Shown: piece after piece, positions 1 through 14,112 of the stretch
Layout: each line of letters starts with the position of its first letter
Position numbering within the stretch: position 1 is the first letter of the stretch
Assembly: GCA_965205265.1 (NCBI GenBank)
Contig: CBDBGH010000003.1
Span: forward strand, 3,744,001-3,808,000
DNA length: 64,000 bases
Direction of reading: 5' to 3'
Source: Alphaproteobacteria bacterium
Lineage (GTDB): Bacteria > Pseudomonadota > Alphaproteobacteria > Bin95
Translations under genes and position numbers: made by a program
Notes under the pieces: generated by a model
Seen by the model: the letters and a program-made list of their open reading frames with translations, nothing else
Database searches by the model: none
What the model was told of the DNA's origin: nothing

Positions 1-7
1 ATTTAGG

Positions 8-349
8 GTGAAGGGTCGCCGTCGCTGGCCGGAAGAGTTGAAGGCGCGGATTGTAGCGGAGACGCTTGAGCCTGGCGCGAGGGTGGCCTCGGTAGCACGG
101 CGTTACGATCTTCGCCCAAGCCATCTGTCGGACTGGCGTCGCAAGGCGCGGGAGGGTCGCCTGGTTTTGCCTGCAGCGGACGAGGCAGTGGAGTTTGCGC
201 CGCTGGTGGTCCGGGCTGAAGGGCACGGCGCCGAGGCGAACGGTGGGTGTCTGGAAGTGGTTCTGGACCGGGTTACGGTCCGTCTGGATGCGGCGGTGCC
301 GGCGGGCCGGCTGGCGGAGATCGTGTCTGCGCTGAATGCGCTGTCATGA
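8..349 (+). CDS. tnpA: IS66 accessory protein TnpA (HTH; true start may lie upstream)
   Basis: RRRWPEELKARIVAETLEPGARVASVARRY motif. Confidence 0.88.
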   Translation: MKGRRRWPEELKARIVAETLEPGARVASVARRYDLRPSHLSDWRRKAREGRLVLPAADEAVEFAPLVVRAEGHGAEANGGCLEVVLDRVTVRLDAAVPAGRLAEIVSALNALS

Positions 350-699
350 TCTTCCCGTCGAACCGGGTGCGGATCGTTGTCGCAACGAAGCCCGTCGACT
401 TCCGCCGCCAGCACGACGGCCTTGTCGCGCATGTGAAGGGCGCGCTGCGGCGGGACCCGTTCACCGGCACGGTATACGTCTTTCGATCGAGGCGAGCTGA
501 CAGGCTGAAGCTGGTCTTCTGGGACGGGACCGGGCTGGTGCTGATCTACAAGCGTCTGGAGGACCAGGGCTTTGTATGGCCGGCGATCCGCGACGGGGTG
601 ATGTCGCTGAGCCATGCGCAGTTCGAGGCCTTGTTCGCGGGCCTGGACTGGCGTCGCGTGCGGGCGCTGTCGGCGCGGCGCCCGGCTGAGGCGGAGTGA
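346..699 (+). CDS. tnpB: IS66 accessory protein TnpB
   Basis: PVDFRR...VYVFRSRRADRLKLVFWDGTG motif; ATGA overlap with tnpA. Confidence 0.92.
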   Translation: MIFPSNRVRIVVATKPVDFRRQHDGLVAHVKGALRRDPFTGTVYVFRSRRADRLKLVFWDGTGLVLIYKRLEDQGFVWPAIRDGVMSLSHAQFEALFAGLDWRRVRALSARRPAEAE

Positions 700-754
700 C
701 TCAGCCGGTGGATCGGGGCGTCCGGCTCCGCGACACTGTGCTACCAAGCGAGCC

Positions 755-2356
755 ATGGCTGCGCTTGCGGAGATCGACCTTGAAACGCTGACACCCGAAC
801 AGCGGGAAGCGGCGGTGCAGGCGATCATGGCGCTGGAGACGCTTCGCACCGAGAACGAGGTGTTGACGGACCGCAATGAGGCGCAGTCCGAGCGCATCCG
901 CCGTCTCGAACACCTGGTGCGCGAGCTGCAGCGCGTTATCTACGGGAAAAGGTCGGAGAAGCTGACGGCGGACGAGCGCCAGCTGGCGTTCGAGGACCTT
1001 GTTGCGGCGGCGGAAGAGATCGAGGAAGCGATCACGCCGGCCGATCCGGCGCCGGCCCAATCGCCGAAGCGTCCTCGCCCGGCGCGCAATCTCGGCCATT
1101 TGCCGGACCACCTGGAGCGGATCGAGCAGGTGATCGAGCCGGAGAGCACGCTCTGCCCCTGCGGCTGCGGGGAAATGGCGAAGATCGGCGAGGATCGCAC
1201 GGAGCGCCTGGACATCGTGCCGGCGCAGTTGCGGGTGATCGTCACGGTGCGCCCGAAATACGCCTGCCGCCGGTGTGAGGAAGGCGTGACCCAGGCGCCG
1301 GCGCCGGCCCGGCTGATCGAAGGGGCGCTGCCGACCGAAGGCGCTATCGCGCATGTGCTGGTCTCGAAATACGCCGATCATTGTCCGTTGCACCGTCAGA
1401 CGCAGATCTATGCCCGCTCAGGCCTCGATCTGGACCGCTCGACGCTGGCCGGCTGGGTCGGCAAGGCCTCGTTCCACCTCAGGCCGGTGGTTGACCGCCT
1501 GGCACGGCACCTGAAACGGTCGTCCAAGCTCTTCATGGATGAGACGCGGGCGCCGGTGCTCGATCCGGGCCGCGGCAGGACGAAGACCGGCTGGTTATGG
1601 GCGCTGGCCCGCGACGACCGTTCCTGGGGCGGGCCCGATCCACCGGGCGTCGTCTACTTCTACGCCCCCGGGCGCGGCGGCGAACATGCGGAGCGCTTCC
1701 TTGATGGCTTCGACGGCATCCTGCAGGTCGATGGCTATGCCGGCTACAGCCGGCTGGCCGGACCGAGCCGCAAGGGCGGCGCGCCGCTGCGGCTGGCCTA
1801 CTGTTGGGCCCATTGTCGGCGCCGGCTTCGCGAAATCCACGACAGCAGCGGCTCGGAAATCGCAGCCGAGGGCTTACGCCGGATCGCCGAACTCTACGCC
1901 ATCGAGGCCGATATACGCGGCAGCCCGCCGGAGCTGCGCCTCGCCGAACGGCAAACGCGCTCCGCGCCCCTGGTCGAGGCCTTCGGCGAATGGCTGACGC
2001 AGCAGCGCGTCCGCGTCTCGCCCAAGTCCCGGCTCGGCGAAAAGCTCGCCTATATCGCCCGTCATTGGGACGGCCTCCGGATCTTCCTCGACGACGGCCG
2101 CGTCGAAATGGATAGCAATGCCGTCGAAAACAGCCTGCGGCCCGTGGTCCTTACACGGAAAAACGCCTTGTTCGCCGGTCACGACGACGGCGCCGCCGCC
2201 TGGGGACGCATAGCATCCCTCATCCAGACGGCGAAGTTGAACGAGGTCGAGCCACACGCCTGGCTCAAGGCCACACTCGAAGCCATCGCAGCCGGTCATC
2301 CCAATGACCGCCTCGATGAACTGCTTCCCTGGAACTTCAAGCCGTCGTCAAGCTGA
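755..2356 (+). CDS. tnpC: IS66 DDE transposase TnpC
   Basis: Leucine zipper, CPCGC zinc finger, MDET, QVDGY, CWAHCRR, DSNAVENSLR, LLPW. Confidence 0.95.
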   Translation: MAALAEIDLETLTPEQREAAVQAIMALETLRTENEVLTDRNEAQSERIRRLEHLVRELQRVIYGKRSEKLTADERQLAFEDLVAAAEEIEEAITPADPAPAQSPKRPRPARNLGHLPDHLERIEQVIEPESTLCPCGCGEMAKIGEDRTERLDIVPAQLRVIVTVRPKYACRRCEEGVTQAPAPARLIEGALPTEGAIAHVLVSKYADHCPLHRQTQIYARSGLDLDRSTLAGWVGKASFHLRPVVDRLARHLKRSSKLFMDETRAPVLDPGRGRTKTGWLWALARDDRSWGGPDPPGVVYFYAPGRGGEHAERFLDGFDGILQVDGYAGYSRLAGPSRKGGAPLRLAYCWAHCRRRLREIHDSSGSEIAAEGLRRIAELYAIEADIRGSPPELRLAERQTRSAPLVEAFGEWLTQQRVRVSPKSRLGEKLAYIARHWDGLRIFLDDGRVEMDSNAVENSLRPVVLTRKNALFAGHDDGAAAWGRIASLIQTAKLNEVEPHAWLKATLEAIAAGHPNDRLDELLPWNFKPSSS

Positions 2357-2615
2357 AAGCCGGCTGCCTCGCCCGCACCGCATACGATCATTTCGGCAGA
2401 GTGCAATCCTTCCCGCTGATTAGGAAACCGTGACCCGTAAATTCCCGCTGAGCGAAGCGAGGATATGGCAGGGCCGACCGGGATTGTAAGTAGGCGCCCG
2501 GCGCGTGTGTCGACAAATCGACAACGCGCTACGCAGAATCAGGACTCTCATTGTGAAGGAGGGAGCATAAGGGCCCAAGTCAAGCGACTTATGTTCCATT
2601 TCAGGAAGGCCTCCA

Positions 2616-4046
2616 CTATGGATTCGGATTAAGGACCGGACGGGATGCGCAAACCGTCAGTGCTCTTGAGCCGCGAGTCATAGCGACATAGAGATTCTTG
2701 GCGTCCAGAGCATCGGCATTGAGAATCACCGCTACTGCTGCCTCCAACCCCTTCAACAGCAACGTGCTGCCCACTGCGCGCTTGGGCAGCGGCCTACCTA
2801 CAAGCCGATTCTGCTCTCGCATCCGAATGGCCGCATCTTGAAACGAAAGTCCCTCCGTTCCTTCGCATAGTTGAAGCGCCCGGATGCACGACCGCAGGAC
2901 AGCAGGTCGGTGTGTGCTGACGCCAGCTTCCCTGCCGATCTCGACCAAGACATCAACTGCGGAGCCATGGGATGGTGATCGAACAAACGACAAAGCGGTC
3001 TGCTCGACCTCTGTTGGCGGATTGCGTGCAGTGCCGCGCGTCAACGACTGCACCCGCTTCAGCAGATCTGCGGCCCCGACATTCCGCATGACGCTTTGCG
3101 CAAAGTTGGCGAGACGCTTTAGTGCGTCGGGCGAAGCGAGATCGAAGTTTTTCGCGAAAGCGACCAGGTCTCCCAGGTCGACGGCCTCGACCGCCACGGC
3201 GCCGGGTGTCTGGCTCGCAAAACGCCGCTGGGCGTCGGGGTTTTTGCTGTCCCCAATGATGAGGACACCTCCCTGACCGCCTGGCGGGTTCATTCTGGCC
3301 GCCTGCAAGCGTCGCTTGTAATCTTCGGCGGTGCCATCGAGACGGACCCAGCTCACGCCGGGCGGCGCATTCCATAGGTCTATGCTTTCGCCATCCAATA
3401 GCTTCGCCCGCGCTTCGAGCAACCAACTTCCCAGCGGCTCCGCGCCAGCGTTAATCCACCGCCAAGGCGTATCCAACTGACCGGCCAGCGGAAAACAGGA
3501 GCAAACATGCTCATCCCACTTTGCTAATTCGTCACCACCGAAGCCGAAGATCGCCTGCATTGGATCGCCGAGTACACAGGTTGGCAGCATCTGCGCCGCA
3601 TACGCCACCACGGCGTGCTGTCGGATCGAGCAATCCTGGTATTCGTCCACAATGAGCCGAGCGTAACTTGCGGTGACAATGTCATTAACGTGGCCCGCCT
3701 TGAGCAGTTTGGCCGCAGCAACGCGAATGTTGGGATAGTCGGTTCGAGGATGCGCAAGTTGCAGCAGATCAGCCTTGTGCGCGCTCCGCGCCGGGAACGT
3801 CCAGATGAGCCGCATGGCCCAGCCGTCAATAGTCGAGAGTCGATACGCCTTTGGAGGAACGCCCGCATGATCGAGCCGCCCTCGCAGAGCAACGACTCCG
3901 GCATTCGTATGCGTCAGCACGAGTATCGGCTTGCGACCGCTGTGACGAGTCAAGGCTTCGGCAATCAACTGGGTTTTCCCGCAGCCTGCGGGTGCTGTCA
4001 CGGTGCCCCGATCGATTGCCAGCAAGTCGATGTCATTAGCAGGCAT
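2616..4046 (-). CDS. gajB: UvrD-like helicase, Gabija GajB-like
   Basis: Walker A APAGCGKT, VDEYQD, LGDPMQAIF, LYVAMTRG; overlaps upstream OLD nuclease. Confidence 0.75.
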   Translation of the reverse strand: MPANDIDLLAIDRGTVTAPAGCGKTQLIAEALTRHSGRKPILVLTHTNAGVVALRGRLDHAGVPPKAYRLSTIDGWAMRLIWTFPARSAHKADLLQLAHPRTDYPNIRVAAAKLLKAGHVNDIVTASYARLIVDEYQDCSIRQHAVVAYAAQMLPTCVLGDPMQAIFGFGGDELAKWDEHVCSCFPLAGQLDTPWRWINAGAEPLGSWLLEARAKLLDGESIDLWNAPPGVSWVRLDGTAEDYKRRLQAARMNPPGGQGGVLIIGDSKNPDAQRRFASQTPGAVAVEAVDLGDLVAFAKNFDLASPDALKRLANFAQSVMRNVGAADLLKRVQSLTRGTARNPPTEVEQTALSFVRSPSHGSAVDVLVEIGREAGVSTHRPAVLRSCIRALQLCEGTEGLSFQDAAIRMREQNRLVGRPLPKRAVGSTLLLKGLEAAVAVILNADALDAKNLYVAMTRGSRALTVCASRPVLNPNP

Positions 4047-5766
4047 CGCCCGCCCACATAAAGATGCTCTCTACCAGTTCCCTTAGACCGGTGTTGGCGT
4101 CCGGGAGGTCGGGTCCGACGATGTCACGGGCAGCATCCTCCATCCATGTAACCGACTTGAACCAGCCGCCCTTCTTCGACCGTGCGGCCTTGCCAAGGAC
4201 AGTGCGGCTTTCTGGCGTTATCCCGTGAAGGAAGTCTTCGAAACGGATGTTTTCTAGATCTTTTGCATTCTGCGAAGCCGACTTTATGTGGTCGTTCACC
4301 AACTCTTCGCCGTGCAATTCGACCGCTCGGTCGAGAAGTTTGCAAACACCATCATCCGTCAGACTCAAGAATAGTTCGTCTTCCAACGCCCGCCCATCGC
4401 GCCATGCGAAAACCGTTCCGCCGCCGGCGATGAAAGCGTCCTCAATTTCTGTGGTCGGTTTCTTGTCGTCGTCCCTGACGACTGCCGCTCGATACCCCAG
4501 AGCATGAAAGGCAGCCGCGCGCCGAAAGGGCCTGTCAGCATCGCCACCACTGCTATCGACCAAGGCAGTCCCATGTGCCGTGATGGCATTGTGGCCATTC
4601 GCCGTCCGGTGCTGATCAAGCCCGCGTATTAGGCCAACTTCGCTGGCACCCTCGCAGACAATGACATTCGGCGCGAGAAAGGCGTCGGGGTACAGGCGGA
4701 TCGTGCTCTGGATGCCATCGGCCTTGCCGACGGCATAAATCCGATGCCTCTCGGCTCCGCCGCGCGTCACAAACAATTGGTCTCCCGACAGCTCGCGCAG
4801 CGCAACCGGCGAATGCGTAGTCATGAAGACCTGTAGTGGCGGCGGCGTCTCTTTCGCGCCCAGAGAACCAAGGAGGCGGATGATTCGGTGCGCCTCCAGT
4901 CCGTGCTCCAACTCGTCGATCAGGATGATGGAGGACCACTCCGCCGCCTTCCGCTGGAGGCCCGCGATGAGCAAACGTGTCGAACCGATACCCAGCCCGC
5001 GCAGCGGCACGCCGCCCTCATCGTGCAGGGAGATGGTCCCTCCGCTGAACGACACGGAGTGGGTATCCAGCATGGCTCTGACGTTCTCGCCGATGGGAAT
5101 GCCAAGCTCCTTCGCGGTGGCCGCGACGATGCCTAGCGTCTCGCCCAACTGACCCTGCGCCTGATCGCCGAAGGCGGACCGGGCGTCGCGGGCGGCCTTG
5201 GCCAGAGCCGCCGACGAATCCGCGCGTTCCTCCGAGACCCGGTTCAGCACGGAACCGCGCCGCCAGCCCAGGTGATAGTCAGCCATTACGCCGATGCGTG
5301 TCGGGGCAAGCCGAACGCGATCGCTCCAGGCTAGATTCCGCGCCACTCCCTGTGCTTCGGCTCGTTGAGACACTAACGTCCATGATGGCTCAAGATCGCT
5401 TGCAACAGTGAGCTTCACCGTTAGTACGGTCTCGGCATCCCGCTCCGGTTCGTCCTCGATATTTTTGGTCTCGGCGTCATACCCCCGGACGTACATGCCG
5501 TAGGAGTCGAGGTTCTTCAGGTCGTCATCGAGTTCGCCGACGGTGATCGCGATAGTGATTGGGGTCTCAACATCGAGCAGGTGGAAGTCAGCATCGGTGA
5601 ACTGGATGCTCCGTCGCGCCCCGAGGCACAAATCCAACGCATCGAGAACGGATGACTTTCCACTGTCACCGGGGCCAACCAAGCAATTGATTCCGGCAGC
5701 CGGATACCAAGTCAGCTCCTTGATACCCCGAAAATTTCTTATTTCTACTGCCCGAACCCTTGCCAC
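4036..5766 (-). CDS. gajA: OLD-family ATP-dependent endonuclease (ABC ATPase + TOPRIM), Gabija GajA-like
   Basis: IRNFRGI, GPGDSGKS, IDELEHGL, TTHSP, TOPRIM VCEGASE and RDDD. Confidence 0.8.
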   Translation of the reverse strand: MARVRAVEIRNFRGIKELTWYPAAGINCLVGPGDSGKSSVLDALDLCLGARRSIQFTDADFHLLDVETPITIAITVGELDDDLKNLDSYGMYVRGYDAETKNIEDEPERDAETVLTVKLTVASDLEPSWTLVSQRAEAQGVARNLAWSDRVRLAPTRIGVMADYHLGWRRGSVLNRVSEERADSSAALAKAARDARSAFGDQAQGQLGETLGIVAATAKELGIPIGENVRAMLDTHSVSFSGGTISLHDEGGVPLRGLGIGSTRLLIAGLQRKAAEWSSIILIDELEHGLEAHRIIRLLGSLGAKETPPPLQVFMTTHSPVALRELSGDQLFVTRGGAERHRIYAVGKADGIQSTIRLYPDAFLAPNVIVCEGASEVGLIRGLDQHRTANGHNAITAHGTALVDSSGGDADRPFRRAAAFHALGYRAAVVRDDDKKPTTEIEDAFIAGGGTVFAWRDGRALEDELFLSLTDDGVCKLLDRAVELHGEELVNDHIKSASQNAKDLENIRFEDFLHGITPESRTVLGKAARSKKGGWFKSVTWMEDAARDIVGPDLPDANTGLRELVESIFMWAGDAC

Positions 5767-5942
5767 ACCGCGTCCCCCCGTGTGGGTTCATCACCCGACT
5801 GGCGACCATAGTCGCCCCGGCAAGTGCGAAACAGCGACAATCGGCGCGACCTGACGGCACCTGGATCGCGCTTCCGGCGGCCTGCCGGAAACCGAACCGT
5901 GGGCTGCGCGGGAGGCCGTGCGCCAAGGCGCGGCCCGATCCC

Positions 5943-9086
<3,144 letters not shown>

Positions 9087-9125
9087 CAAACGACTAGCCT
9101 GCCCGGTGCCAATTCGGGGCGCGAA

Positions 9126-10333
9126 TCATGCCGCGGCCTCAATATGCCGTTCTGCCTCGCCGAGGCGGATTTCGCCGGACATGAGCTTTGGCAGAAGAAG
9201 GTCTCGGCCTTGCGCAAGGGTCTGGTTCTCTATCTTGTTGCTCTCCATGCGGTCGATGATGGGGGCGACAAGTGCCGAAAAGCCGGTTGTCAAGGCACTA
9301 CTGGCAATAGCAACCTCTGTTGCTTCCACGGCCTCGGGACGAACAGCGGGATAGGCAGCCCCATCTGCCAGATGCGCGAGACGTTCGATATTCTCGGGGG
9401 CAGTAGCGGAGAGAAATACAATCTCCGTATTTTGAAGCTCGCGAGGTCTGAGTACGGCAAAACCTGTACTGCCAGTCAGCCCCGGGACTCCAATAAACGC
9501 ATAGGAACCGTTACCGGGTCTGACCAATCCAATGACCGTGTCTCCGGGCCTCAGGATGCGTTTCGCTCGGCTGGGTGCGTCTCGCCAATGGAATCGTTGC
9601 GTTACTTCTACCGACCCCCATTTGGTGTTCGCGAGATCCACATACTCAATTTCGTCAGGAGCATTCTTCTTGGACCACGACTCTGGATTTACCTCGGCGA
9701 GCACCGAAAGGGGCGCCAGTGTCCAGCCAACCGGTTTGCCATCGTCATCCAACGTGTCGGGGAACAGCTCCCAGACTTCTGGCACCAAATATGGAGAGCG
9801 GCCTTCGGCCTTGGCACGGGTCGGACCGAAATCGACGAACCAGTCCTTGAAGATCGCCCGCGCCATCGCCTCCAGCGTCTCGTTCATCCGGCGGTTCAGG
9901 TCGATCTTGTCGTCAAGAGCGCCGAGGGTAGCTGCTATGGCACGCTGTTCTCGAAGGGGAGGAATCTCCAATTCCTGGACATAGACCGCGGCACGCGTCG
10001 TCGACGGAATGGGAGAGCCATCATCGATTTCGCCAAGCCTGTGGTAGATGATCGCGTAATAGAGCCAGCGCATATCGAACTCTACCTTGGGTTTCACAAA
10101 GTAGGCCGTATCGATGACGAAGAAGGGATCGTGACTGAAATGGACGCCGCGATAAGCGCCCTTTCGACCGAGGATTACTCCCGGGCCATCAGCTAGTGCT
10201 GTATCGGTCCAACCGATGGGGCCATTGGAACCAAAAACCCGGAACGGAGCCAAAGCATCCTGATAGCCTCGAACGGCTTTACCGTATTCGAGGCTTATTG
10301 CATCTCCCCATGTGGAATGCCGCCACCCTGTGA

Positions 10334-10337
<4 letters not shown>
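9126..10337 (-). CDS. hsdS: Type I R-M specificity subunit S
   Basis: [29 protein letters not shown] and [13 protein letters not shown] conserved regions; two TRDs. Confidence 0.93.
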
Positions 10338-11875
<1,538 letters not shown>

Positions 11876-12268
11876 ATAGGCCGAACCCCTGATATCCATC
11901 GGAGGAGATACAGTTCGTCCGCTGGGTTTCGCTAATCCCGGAGCCTGCGGAACACAATACCAACCGGAATGGCGTAACCGACGCCGCCGGACAAATCAAT
12001 ACGACGCCTAGTTGACGAAGGGATCCCGGCGGGCGCCCGATGGCGGGCGGTCCTCCCTTACCCCCGTCCCTGTGGACCATGCAGGATAGTTGCTTTTCAG
12101 CAAATCCGGTCGATCCCAACCGGCGGTTTCCCCAGAAAACTCTCCGCAGCGCACCGGAGACCGAATGCGGAAGCCAAGCGAAACTTCTGCCGCCTTCGAA
12201 CTCGAACGCAATGTAAGCCCTGCGTACCAGTCTTTCCCGATCCAGATCGAGACCGCCCTTCCACCACC

Positions 12269-13231
12269 TCAAGCCTTCTCCTCGTCCTTGGGCGGTTTCC
12301 CCTCGATCGGGTGGCCCTTGGCATGGTTGTCGAGCATCTTATTGACGGTCTCGCTGGCCCAGCCCTTCTTGAATTTGTCTCCCGCAGCGATCATGCCGGC
12401 CGTCTCGGCGTGCAGCCGGTCCAGAATCCTGCCCAGGACCTCTTCCGTCAGCGCCCTGCGCCTGGGGCGAGGTCCGCAATAGAGATCGTGCAGCTTCTGG
12501 GCGATTCCCGCCATCTCCTCGATGTCGAAGACGAGGAACTTCACATCGGGCGGTTCGGGAGTCCCTTTCTCCGCCGCTTGCGCCTTCAGCTCTTCGCGGT
12601 CCTCCCGGGCTTTCTCGAGCGCGGCGCGCTGCCACCCGTTCTTGTGGTTCAGGCCGTGCCGGCTGACCATGAAGCAATAGATGCGCGGGCGGCCGGTTAC
12701 CGCCTCCACATGGTTCCGCGCACCCTCCCACTGCGTGTCGATATCGTCTTCCTTCAAATGGCGTATCGAGGTGACCTCGGCCAGAATGACGAAGCCCCCA
12801 TAGTCGGCACGAACATCGGGATTACCCTGCGGGGCGGCATAGTAGGGAAATGCCCTCCCCCTCTCGACATAGGTGCGGCAGGGACAGAGGGTCTTCTTCG
12901 GGCCGTCCAGGACGCTGAGGAACAGGCCCGCGATCAGTTCCAGCCCTACGGCCTTGGCAACCACCCGGAACTCCTTCACCGACTTCGCGTAGTCGGTCTC
13001 CGGCTCGTCCCCGGCGTTCTGCTTTTCCTGTGCGAGAGCCTTCAGATGGCGCAGCGCGGCAGCGGAATCGAAGCCGATGCGCGGATAGATCTCCAGTCTG
13101 TCCACCGTGTAGTTTTCATCCAGGAGGTGCCGCGCCGCCCGGGCCAGCGTTCCGGGCCTGACCCTTTGACCCGGCCTGGGGAACTCGACTTCCGGATCGG
13201 CGCCGACCGTGACGCGCGCCGCGAGGGTCAC
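12269..13231 (-). CDS. Putative PD-(D/E)xK nuclease resembling AlwI/Nt.BstNBI catalytic domain
   Basis: GTG start overlaps upstream TGA; motif PYYAAPQGNPDV-x9-LAEVT. Confidence 0.55.
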   Translation of the reverse strand: MTLAARVTVGADPEVEFPRPGQRVRPGTLARAARHLLDENYTVDRLEIYPRIGFDSAAALRHLKALAQEKQNAGDEPETDYAKSVKEFRVVAKAVGLELIAGLFLSVLDGPKKTLCPCRTYVERGRAFPYYAAPQGNPDVRADYGGFVILAEVTSIRHLKEDDIDTQWEGARNHVEAVTGRPRIYCFMVSRHGLNHKNGWQRAALEKAREDREELKAQAAEKGTPEPPDVKFLVFDIEEMAGIAQKLHDLYCGPRPRRRALTEEVLGRILDRLHAETAGMIAAGDKFKKGWASETVNKMLDNHAKGHPIEGKPPKDEEKA

Positions 13232-14112
13232 GCCCGCCCCTCCCGCCGGGCCCGCCGTTGCCGCCGCCGCTCGCGTCGCGGACGCCGCTTCAGGTCCGGC
13301 GCCGGGTGGAGCCACTGCAGGCTGCCGGGAAAGCCGCGAGGCGCGAGCACGCCGGCGTCGCAGAGCATGAGCACGGTCGAGCGCGCGGCGGGGATCTTGT
13401 CCCTGGCCTCCTTCTTGTTCTCCAGCAGCCACTCCGCCGCCGCATCGGCCATGACGAGGGCTGCGTATTCGATGCCGCCTTCGCCGACATCCAGTCCCTC
13501 CACGGCCGCTTCGCGCACCGCCATGATCTCCTCGGCGAACTCCCAGTAGTCGGGATGCTTTTCCAGATCCGCCATCCAGAAGTGCAGCCGCATGAACTCG
13601 GCCAGGCACAGTCCGCGCCGGAAGCGTGCCGACAGCGGATCGTTCACCCGTTCCGGAGGCTGGTCATCCAGCTCCTCGAAGGTGTTGTACAGTTGCGAGA
13701 CGACAAAGCGCTTGACGTCGTCCCTCCCCCGGACGCCGTAGTTTTCCGACACGGCACGCTGCAGCCACGCCCGGTCCTCTATGCGACGCAACTGCTCCGG
13801 CGTGATCCTCCCGTTCTCGTCGAACAGTTCCAGATGCTGCATCTGGTCGAGGCAGTCCTCTGCCATGGCGCGCACGGTGGCGGCGCGGTCCGGCCTTCCC
13901 GGATTGCCCTCCTCGTCCTCTTTCGGCGCCCCCAGCACCCCCAGACCCTCCAGGTGGCCGTCGCTCAGGGCCTCCTTCCGGATTGCGGCCTCCAGCATGT
14001 CGAGAGCCAGAGGCCCGGTCGCGCCGCTCTCCTCCAGATAACGGGCGGCCGCCGGCAGGAAGAACAGTTCCTGCTGCACGCCGGCCAGGAAGGGCGTCTT
14101 ATCCATTGCCAA
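13228..14112 (-). CDS. Hypothetical protein (helical, acidic)
   Basis: 294-aa ORF overlapping both neighbours. Confidence 0.65.
   Translation of the reverse strand: MAMDKTPFLAGVQQELFFLPAAARYLEESGATGPLALDMLEAAIRKEALSDGHLEGLGVLGAPKEDEEGNPGRPDRAATVRAMAEDCLDQMQHLELFDENGRITPEQLRRIEDRAWLQRAVSENYGVRGRDDVKRFVVSQLYNTFEELDDQPPERVNDPLSARFRRGLCLAEFMRLHFWMADLEKHPDYWEFAEEIMAVREAAVEGLDVGEGGIEYAALVMADAAAEWLLENKKEARDKIPAARSTVLMLCDAGVLAPRGFPGSLQWLHPAPDLKRRPRRERRRQRRARREGRA

Larger units (their letters stand above)
1..2385 (+). mobile_element. IS66-family insertion sequence (left end outside window)
   Basis: tnpA-tnpB-tnpC order; right end ...gcaccgcatac (GTA-start on minus strand) 29 bp after tnpC stop. Confidence 0.88.

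Noticed and set aside
2410-2452. ttcccgctga direct repeat next to the IS66 end
   Set aside because: Too short and no linked recombinase
12039-12050. atggcgg as a duplicated tRNA 3' end (att)
   Set aside because: Only 7 bp match
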